This document shows positions 8,589 through 15,027 of a stretch of DNA of 39,064 bases, in pieces. Numbering within the stretch: the stretch's first letter is position 1; every line of letters begins with the position of its first letter. A model generated the notes under the pieces. That model saw only the letters and a list, made by a program, of their open reading frames with translations. It made no database searches and had not been told where the DNA came from. Origin of the DNA: a virus (lineage: Duplodnaviria; Caudoviricetes); the IMG/VR virus record IMGVR_UViG_3300033407_000058, positions 1-39,064 of that record; one strand, 5' to 3'. Both the position numbers and the translations under genes were made by a program.

Positions 8589-8963
8589 ATGGAATGTTCT
8601 TGTAATGCTGGCTGCGACTACGACAATGATGAACTATTAGGTTACAGTGAAAGAGTGCTTAAAGCAGCAAAAAATCATATATGCTGTGAGTGCGGGAAAG
8701 CTATCCTAAAGGGCCAGGAATTTATCTTTTGTTCAATCCTTATGGTAGAGGATATTAAAAACTATAAAATGTGCCCTACTTGTCACGCCATTACTCAAGC
8801 ATTTTTTCAAGATGGTTTTATGTTTACTCATGTCTTAAACAGCCTTGAAGATTACCTATATGAAAACTGGAAAGAGGACTTGCCGAGTAATTGCATATCC
8901 AAGCTTCCTTCGTCAGCTCAGGCTGTTGTTTGCGGTATATTACAAAAGTTTCAAGAAGCCTAA
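8589..8963 (+). CDS. Cys-rich hypothetical protein
   Basis: KAAKNHICCECG...CPTC; AT-rich. Confidence 0.7.
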   Translation: MECSCNAGCDYDNDELLGYSERVLKAAKNHICCECGKAILKGQEFIFCSILMVEDIKNYKMCPTCHAITQAFFQDGFMFTHVLNSLEDYLYENWKEDLPSNCISKLPSSAQAVVCGILQKFQEA

Positions 8964-9031
8964 AAATAATTCTTCCTTGGCTGGGCGGAATCGGGTATGA
9001 TACATAAACAATCAAATAGGAGACCAAATAA

Positions 9032-9238
9032 ATGGAACCGACAGCAGACATCAAAGAACAACTAGCAACCTGGAGGGCAAAGGCAGCCGCCGGAACCCTC
9101 TCCATGCCGGAAATGCGAGAAGCAATCGCTTACCTCCGAACCTTGCGGACTTCCGCGACAACGAAGGCGAAGGCAAAAGGGACCAGCAAAAAGGTTATTA
9201 ATTCGGAAGACCTGCTCGGGGAGATTGCTGGGCTTTAA
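9032..9238 (+). CDS. small protein sharing the C-terminal motif (INSEDLLGEI) with 1550-2050 and 5269-5814
   Basis: AGGAG RBS inside the repeated leader. Confidence 0.75.
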   Translation: MEPTADIKEQLATWRAKAAAGTLSMPEMREAIAYLRTLRTSATTKAKAKGTSKKVINSEDLLGEIAGL

Positions 9239-9246
9239 GGAAAGTT

Positions 9247-9344
9247 TGATGAGAGTGGTGTAATGGTAGCGTTGCAGGTCAGTACCGAAAGGTATACCGG
9301 AGAGGCGATGCCGGGGGCGCAGGTTCGAATCCTGCCTCTCATCA
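9247..9344 (+). ncRNA. tRNA-like RNA lacking a canonical anticodon loop
   Basis: Acceptor-like stem TGATGAGAG/CTCTCATCA, A-box TGGTGTAATGGTA, T-arm GCAGG-TTCGAAT-CCTGC; central arm capped by a GAAA tetraloop; no encoded CCA. Confidence 0.7.
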
Positions 9345-9382
9345 CTTTAAGAAATATTCAATGGGGCGTTCCCATTGAGTTA

Positions 9383-9471
9383 GCCAGTCAGAGGAATTTA
9401 CGTTTTATATTAATACCGGGAAGTACTAATAAAAATGGAAATAGTAACAACCTCTGGCTGGCGTTTTATTT
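9383..9471 (+). other. long imperfect hairpin followed by a T-rich tract (structured RNA or terminator)
   Basis: GCCAGTCAGAGG (9383-9394) pairs with CCTCTGGCTGGC (9451-9462); the AT-rich interior also pairs. Confidence 0.55.
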
Positions 9472-9507
9472 AACCTGCAACCAACAATACAAAAGGGAGG
9501 CAAAAAG

Positions 9508-9747
9508 GTGGAAAGTAAATGGGTTTATATAACTAAAGATGGGAAGTTCTTCGATTCCCATGAAGAAGCCGTCGAACACGAAGAGGTCTTAGATTTTATA
9601 GAGTTTGCAGAGGATTTAGGGATTTCCTGCGCTCATAAAGACCTCACTACCCTTTCAAAGGCTTTAAAAAGACGGTATTCCATGTATGAAAAGGAAGGCT
9701 ATACCCCCAAAGCTAAAGAGGAGGCCTCCGATGAATCAGCAGAATAA
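9508..9747 (+). CDS. hypothetical protein
   Basis: GGGAGG RBS, GTG start; YITKDGKFF...EEAVEHE pattern. Confidence 0.75.
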   Translation: MESKWVYITKDGKFFDSHEEAVEHEEVLDFIEFAEDLGISCAHKDLTTLSKALKRRYSMYEKEGYTPKAKEEASDESAE

Positions 9748-10747
9748 AGAAGCCCGCGCGGAGTTAGGCATCCTTCCCTATTTCCCGCCGGTAATAAGCT
9801 CCTCCATGCTCGCCGATTTCCGCGCCTGTCCTTGGAAAGCCTACCTCACCTACATCGAGCATTGGAAGCCGAACTTCGAATCCGTTCATCTGGTGGCAGG
9901 GGGAGCTTTCGCAAAGGGAATTGAAATGGCCCGAAGAGCTTTCTACGAACAAGGTCTGAACCAGCCGGACGCCGAAGCAATCGGCCTTCAGGCCCTTATA
10001 ACCTCCTATGGGGACTTCGAGTGCCCGGATGACTCCGCCAAGACTCTTGAACGGATGTGCGGGGCGTTGGAATTCTACCTCTCCGCTTATCCGCTTGGTC
10101 AAGACGGCGCGGAGCCGGTCTCCTTGCCTTCCGGTCGCAGGGGGATTGAATTCTCCTTCGCGGAGCCCCTTGACCGCCAGCACCCAACCTCCGGCGATCC
10201 TCTGCTATTCTCCGGCCGCGCGGATATGGTGGCAGAATTTGCCGGAGCCGTATTCAACTTCGACGAGAAGACCACAACCCAGCTCGGGCAGAAGTGGGGC
10301 GCGCAGTGGGATTTGCGGAGCCAGTTCACCTCGTATTGCTGGGCTGGGCGGCGGATCGGAGTTCCAATGCAGGGAACCATCGTCCGCGGTATCAGCATAC
10401 TCAAGTCCAAGTACGACACTCAGCAAGCCATAACCTATCGCTCAGGGTGGGAGCTGGACCGTTGGGAGGAAATGCTATACCGGGACATCGACCGGATGCT
10501 TGGTATGTATGCTCAGCAGATCTACGAACCCCGGAAGGCGCTGGATGGCGCCTGTGTCCGCTCTGGCAACCCCTGGGATAGGAACTTCGAACCCGCGTGC
10601 AATGACTACGGGGGCTGCCCCTTTCGCGGGGTTTGCAAGTCCAAGAATCCTTACGAAGTCCTGCAAGCAGACTTCCAGCGCAGGGTCTGGGACCCGATGC
10701 AGCACCGCGAAGTATCCGTGGAAGAGTGGGAGGCGAGCTGGAAATGA
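9731..10747 (+). CDS. PD-(D/E)XK exonuclease (RecB/Cas4-like, probable Fe-S cluster)
   Basis: SSS...FRACP, GRAD, DEKTT, Q...Y, C-terminal C.....CPF..VC; GAGGAGG RBS before ATG 9731. Confidence 0.88.
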   Translation: MNQQNKEARAELGILPYFPPVISSSMLADFRACPWKAYLTYIEHWKPNFESVHLVAGGAFAKGIEMARRAFYEQGLNQPDAEAIGLQALITSYGDFECPDDSAKTLERMCGALEFYLSAYPLGQDGAEPVSLPSGRRGIEFSFAEPLDRQHPTSGDPLLFSGRADMVAEFAGAVFNFDEKTTTQLGQKWGAQWDLRSQFTSYCWAGRRIGVPMQGTIVRGISILKSKYDTQQAITYRSGWELDRWEEMLYRDIDRMLGMYAQQIYEPRKALDGACVRSGNPWDRNFEPACNDYGGCPFRGVCKSKNPYEVLQADFQRRVWDPMQHREVSVEEWEASWK

Positions 10748-10896
10748 AAGAGTCGATCGAAAGGGAGAAAAAGTGGCGGTGGAAAATGGAGTATTGTAAG
10801 AAACAGCACATACCACCTGCCCATAGTTGGGCTTGGGATGAGGCTGAAAAAGCATACAATCTCCGCGAAGCGGTAAAGAAAACTGAAACTAAATGA
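10744..10896 (+). CDS. small hypothetical protein
   Basis: ATGA coupling on both sides. Confidence 0.55.
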   Translation: MKESIEREKKWRWKMEYCKKQHIPPAHSWAWDEAEKAYNLREAVKKTETK

Positions 10897-11243
10897 AACG
10901 CCTCTATATTATAAACGGGAAATACCTGGGTCAATCCCCTGTCCCCCCGCATCTTAGCTGGAAATTCAACCTGCTTTGGTATTGCGATAGCTGCGGGAAA
11001 GTATATGCCAGGCTGCCAGTCACCGACACCTCGGATGGCCCGCGAGCCTGGCAAGCCTTGGTCGGGGTTTGTGGGAAGTGTCAGCCTCGGCCGGTCCTGC
11101 AGCACCGCTGCCCAGGGTCGATTTGGGATACAAGCTTCTCGGGGGAGCATCAGAGCTTTCCCAAAGAGGTCTTGCAATATGAACTGTTGTTATTGATTGA
11201 CGATATTGAAAAGGAGATGGAAAATGCTACGACAACTGTTTGA
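10893..11243 (+). CDS. zinc-finger-like hypothetical protein
   Basis: CDSCG...CGKC. Confidence 0.65.
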   Translation: MKRLYIINGKYLGQSPVPPHLSWKFNLLWYCDSCGKVYARLPVTDTSDGPRAWQALVGVCGKCQPRPVLQHRCPGSIWDTSFSGEHQSFPKEVLQYELLLLIDDIEKEMENATTTV

Positions 11244-11472
11244 TTTTGATTACCTGGCTCCCCCAGCTTGGCGCTTTGCAGTAGGAGCTAAAAAGCAATA
11301 TGGGAATAACTATCAGTTGAATTCAAAAATGTATTTCCGTGATGAGAAGGGGGCGGTTCGCTTAAGACGACCAAACCCGCTCAAAGGGAAGGCAGCAATT
11401 AAAGCCGCGAAACGTGCAACCCATACAAAAGGGTTCTATCGGAAACAAAGGGAGGCAATAGCTAATGACTAA
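11224..11472 (+). CDS. basic hypothetical protein
   Basis: AAGGAG RBS before ATG 11224. Confidence 0.6.
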   Translation: MLRQLFDFDYLAPPAWRFAVGAKKQYGNNYQLNSKMYFRDEKGAVRLRRPNPLKGKAAIKAAKRATHTKGFYRKQREAIAND

Positions 11473-12322
11473 TACAACAGCAGATAACAATGCCCCCAAC
11501 TCTTCCGCACTTCCAGGAGTTAACATCCTCCTAATGGGGCCAACCGGAACGGGCAAGACCCACTCAATCGGCACCCTAGTCGATGCTGGTATCGAAGTAT
11601 TTTACTTCGCTTTCGAGGCGGGCACGGAGTCCCTCCTTGGCTACTGGGCGGACCGGGGACTTCCAATCCCCCCAAACCTCCACATCATAACCGTTAAGTC
11701 TGCTTCCTCAACCTGGGCGGATATGGCAGACTCCGTAGGCTATGTCAACAAGCTTGCCTATGAGAGCTTAAAAAAGATGTCAGACCCGAACCGCAGTAAG
11801 TACAACCAGTTCGAGAATTTCCTCCGCACCTTCAACAACGTAACGGATGATGCTGGCAAGACTTACGGCTGCATCGACACATTCGGCACCGACAAGGCGG
11901 TCGTCATAGACGGCTTAACCGGCCTCTCCAACGCGGCGATGAAGGCTGTGGTCGGTGGCAAGGCGGACCGCGATCAAAAAGATTGGGGACTTGCGCAGAA
12001 TCTGCTAGAAAATTTCCTCCGCAAGATCTGCGACGATTGCCTTTGCCACTTCGTATTACTCTCCCACGTCGAACGGGAGGTTGATGAAGTCCTGGGCGGG
12101 GTTAAGTTAATGGTCAGCACGCTTGGCAAGAAGCTCCCGCCGAAGCTCGCACCGATGTTCTCAGATGCTATCCTAACCGTGCGGAATGTGGATAAGTGGT
12201 ATTGGGATACGGCAAGTGCGCTGGCGGATGTGAAGACAAGGAATTTGCCGATCAGCAATAAGAATAATCCAGACTTCCGGGCGATCCTGGATAAATGGGA
12301 GAAGAGGGGAGGAAGGCGATAA
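11465..12322 (+). CDS. AAA-family ATPase, Sak4-like phage recombination protein
   Basis: GPTGTGKT Walker A, VVIDGLT Walker B, DWG, LLSH; lies between the exonuclease and SSB-like genes. Confidence 0.8.
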   Translation: MTNTTADNNAPNSSALPGVNILLMGPTGTGKTHSIGTLVDAGIEVFYFAFEAGTESLLGYWADRGLPIPPNLHIITVKSASSTWADMADSVGYVNKLAYESLKKMSDPNRSKYNQFENFLRTFNNVTDDAGKTYGCIDTFGTDKAVVIDGLTGLSNAAMKAVVGGKADRDQKDWGLAQNLLENFLRKICDDCLCHFVLLSHVEREVDEVLGGVKLMVSTLGKKLPPKLAPMFSDAILTVRNVDKWYWDTASALADVKTRNLPISNKNNPDFRAILDKWEKRGGRR

Positions 12323-12501
12323 TGGCTGAGATACTTGTAACAATCAATTGCGGTACAGATAAATGTATGAATTGCGGTTACTTGATATGCGAAGGTCAAA
12401 AAGAATATTGCACTATATTTGATGAATACCCTGAAACCACAATCTCCGGCACCTACCGCCTGGAAGCCTGTAAAAAAGCAGAGATAAAAGAACTACGATA
12501 G
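12322..12501 (+). CDS. small Cys-rich protein
   Basis: TAATG coupling; CMNC..C..C. Confidence 0.6.
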   Translation: MAEILVTINCGTDKCMNCGYLICEGQKEYCTIFDEYPETTISGTYRLEACKKAEIKELR

Positions 12502-12569
12502 CAGGAAGTAGGAAGCAGTAACAACCGGGCATAAGCCCAAACCAACAACAATCTATAAGGAGCTTCACC

Positions 12570-13028
12570 ATGTTTGATGCGGATCAATTCTTAAACCAAA
12601 CAGTCAACAACGCCAACGATACCAAGCTCATCAACCCGCCCGACAATATGTCTGGGGACGGCTACCTCATCCTCGCTAACAAAGTGGATTGCCGGACTTG
12701 GCAGAAGAAAGACGATCCATCTGTCTCCGGCCTTGCCCTCGATATTCAGTGGGAAATCCAAGACGAATCGGTCAAAACCTTCTGCGGCAGGGATAAGATC
12801 ACCTGCAAACAGGGAATCATGCTGGACCTCACCGATTCCGGGGAATTGGATATGGGGAAGGGTAGGAATATTGGCCTCGGGAAGTTACGGGAGGCTCTGG
12901 GGCTTAACACTCCTGGAGAGCCGTTCTCCTTCTCCATGATCACCGGACGGCTGGCGAAGGGATTCGTGCAGCACAGGGTAGTTGGAGAAGATGTTTATGC
13001 GGAGATTAAGAAGGTACTGAAAGCATAA
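12570..13028 (+). CDS. probable single-stranded DNA-binding protein (DUF669-like)
   Basis: AAGGAG RBS; beta-rich sequence with LGKLREALG motif; directly after the Sak4-like gene. Confidence 0.6.
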   Translation: MFDADQFLNQTVNNANDTKLINPPDNMSGDGYLILANKVDCRTWQKKDDPSVSGLALDIQWEIQDESVKTFCGRDKITCKQGIMLDLTDSGELDMGKGRNIGLGKLREALGLNTPGEPFSFSMITGRLAKGFVQHRVVGEDVYAEIKKVLKA

Positions 13029-13064
13029 TCCGCCGGGATTAATATATAGTAATCCGCCGGAAAT
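13027..13064. promoter_or_regulatory. paired palindromic box element 2
   Basis: AATCCGCCGGGATT-AATATATAGT-AATCCGCCGGAAAT. Confidence 0.75.
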
Positions 13065-13189
13065 TGGGTATTCGAATTTGCCCGTTTCCGGCGTTTTTCG
13101 TCCCATGCATATGATCCTACCGGGTACATACCAATCGTTGCGTGGCGACGGCAAAACCTCATATAGAAATTGAAATCGAGGTGTTAATT

Positions 13190-13396
13190 ATGGATGTTTC
13201 CGAATTTGACGAACAAGAGCGAATGATCATTCAGCAAATTAAGTTTCTACAAAGGCAGTATAAAGAAGCTGTTAAACCATATTATGAAAAGCTAACTCAA
13301 TTAAGGAACTTGAGGCCAACTCCGCCTATAATAATATGGCTAGATGAAATAGCCAGAGATAAAAAGATAAAAGATCTTTTGATAAAAAAACTATAA
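13190..13396 (+). CDS. hypothetical protein
   Basis: GAGGT RBS before ATG 13190; AT-rich. Confidence 0.6.
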   Translation: MDVSEFDEQERMIIQQIKFLQRQYKEAVKPYYEKLTQLRNLRPTPPIIIWLDEIARDKKIKDLLIKKL

Positions 13397-13411
13397 ATAA
13401 GAGGCACCAAA

Positions 13412-14767
13412 TTGAACACAATCCCAATTTCCTCAATCCTAATCTCCCAGAACCGCCAGCGCCAGGACTTCTCCCCCGAGTCCCTTATGGAGCTAACAAC
13501 CTCCATTGCGGAGATCGGCCTCTTGCACGCTCCGGTCGTCCGACAAACCTCTGACGGCCTGGTCCTGGTTTCCGGCGAGCGCCGCTTGCGCGCAATCGAA
13601 GACCTATTCATGCTTGGCCATTCCCTGTTCTATAACAATAAGGTAATTGAATCCGGTTCGGTTCCATACGTAACTCTGGGTGAGCTATCCTTCCTGGAGG
13701 CGGAGGAAGCAGAGCTGGATGAGAACCTGAAGCGGAGAGACTTGACTTGGCAGGAGTTGGCAGCGGCGCATGGGAGGTTGCATAAGCTGCGGCAGAAGCA
13801 GGCTGAGCAAAAGTTATTCCTGCTGGAGGACGAAGAATCTCCTTGGACCGTAGCCGACACCGCCAAAGAGCTCTCCGGCCGTTCCGACGGTGCCTATCAA
13901 GACAAAGTCCGCCGGGAGCTGATCGTAGCCAAGCACCTCGGCAACCCCGAAATCCAAAAAGCTAAGACCGTCGACGAAGCCTTCAAGCTGCTCAAGCAGC
14001 AGGAAAACCGAGCGAGGAACATTGCCCTGGCAGAAGAAACCGGGAAGACCTTCTCCTCCGCCATCCACGATGTATTCAACATTGACTGCTTGGAGTGGAT
14101 GCGCGCGTATGCGGATGGTATAGTGGATCATCCAGGCTCGGGCATCGACGTCATCTGCACTGATCCTCCCTATGGTATGGGAGCGAATTCTTTCGGGGAC
14201 GGCGCGGGGAGGCTTACCGGTATCCAGCATCATTATGACGACTCCCGCGAAGCCTGGTTTTATTTAATGGAAACCTGGTGCCCGTTGTCCTATCAGGTTT
14301 GCAAGCCCCAAGCCCATGCCTATGTGTTCTGCGATATCATGAATTTCGCCGATCTTAAACTTATGATGCAACAGGCTGGATGGTATGTTTTCCGCACCCC
14401 CTTTATCAGCGTCAAATCCAACTCCGGCCGCGTCCCCTTGCCCGACCAAGGCCCCCGCCGGCAATACGAGACCCTGCTCTACGCAATCAAAGGGAAGAAG
14501 CCGGTAACCCATATTTATCCTGATGTTATCACAACTCCAGCAGATGAGCAGCTGTCGCACGGTGCGCAGAAGCCGGTAGCCCTGTTCAAGAACCTTCTGC
14601 AGCGATCCGTTCGCCCAGGCGACACCGTGCTGGATTGCTTCGCCGGAACCGGCCCAATCATCCCTGCCGCGCGCCATTTCCAATGCAAAGCAATTGTACT
14701 GGAGAAGGAGAAGGAATATTATGCAATCTGTTGTGAGAGGTTGAAAGCCTTGGAGGAGGGGGAATAA
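13412..14767 (+). CDS. ParB-like domain fused to a beta-class amino (m6A/m4C) DNA methyltransferase
   Basis: N-term RQ.F...L..SI.EIGLLHAPVV...LVSGERRLRA...ENLKRRDLTW; HTH-like WTVADTAKELSG; C-term TDPPY, HGAQKP, LDCFAGTG. Confidence 0.9.
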   Translation: MNTIPISSILISQNRQRQDFSPESLMELTTSIAEIGLLHAPVVRQTSDGLVLVSGERRLRAIEDLFMLGHSLFYNNKVIESGSVPYVTLGELSFLEAEEAELDENLKRRDLTWQELAAAHGRLHKLRQKQAEQKLFLLEDEESPWTVADTAKELSGRSDGAYQDKVRRELIVAKHLGNPEIQKAKTVDEAFKLLKQQENRARNIALAEETGKTFSSAIHDVFNIDCLEWMRAYADGIVDHPGSGIDVICTDPPYGMGANSFGDGAGRLTGIQHHYDDSREAWFYLMETWCPLSYQVCKPQAHAYVFCDIMNFADLKLMMQQAGWYVFRTPFISVKSNSGRVPLPDQGPRRQYETLLYAIKGKKPVTHIYPDVITTPADEQLSHGAQKPVALFKNLLQRSVRPGDTVLDCFAGTGPIIPAARHFQCKAIVLEKEKEYYAICCERLKALEEGE

Positions 14768-15027
14768 TGCCAGTATTTGAAGACATTGAAATCACTGTTT
14801 CAGCTTCCATAGATTTCGAAGTCTTCTGTGGTACTTGTGGCGCGGGTCTGTGCAATCAATCTGACACCAGACGTTCCAGAAATAGGGCTTATGCTCAGGT
14901 GGCTGTGAACGTCTGTGAGAATTGCCTTGAAACCGCTAGACAGGAAATCCGAGAAGACCTTGAGAATCAAATAGAAGCGTTGCAAGAAGAGGTCAGAGAA
15001 CTGAGGGAGGAACTTAATAATGTCTAA
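14767..15027 (+). CDS. zinc-finger plus coiled-coil protein
   Basis: CGTCG...CENC; heptad-rich C-terminus. Confidence 0.7.
   Translation: MPVFEDIEITVSASIDFEVFCGTCGAGLCNQSDTRRSRNRAYAQVAVNVCENCLETARQEIREDLENQIEALQEEVRELREELNNV

Noticed and set aside
9247-9344. Canonical tRNA (Ser-CGA or Sec-TCA)
   Set aside because: CGA and TCA triplets are present, but neither sits in a 7-nt loop on a 5-bp stem with U33
9263-9532. 89-aa ORF
   Set aside because: Overlaps the tRNA-like and hairpin structures; no motifs
9731-10747. Cas4 as evidence of a CRISPR system
   Set aside because: No array or other cas genes; the context is a phage recombination module
10401-11177. 258-aa minus-strand ORF
   Set aside because: Shadow of coupled + strand genes
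12500-12520. CAGG...GGAAGCAG resembling SRP RNA helix 8
   Set aside because: Lacks the closing stem and tetraloop; the region is too short
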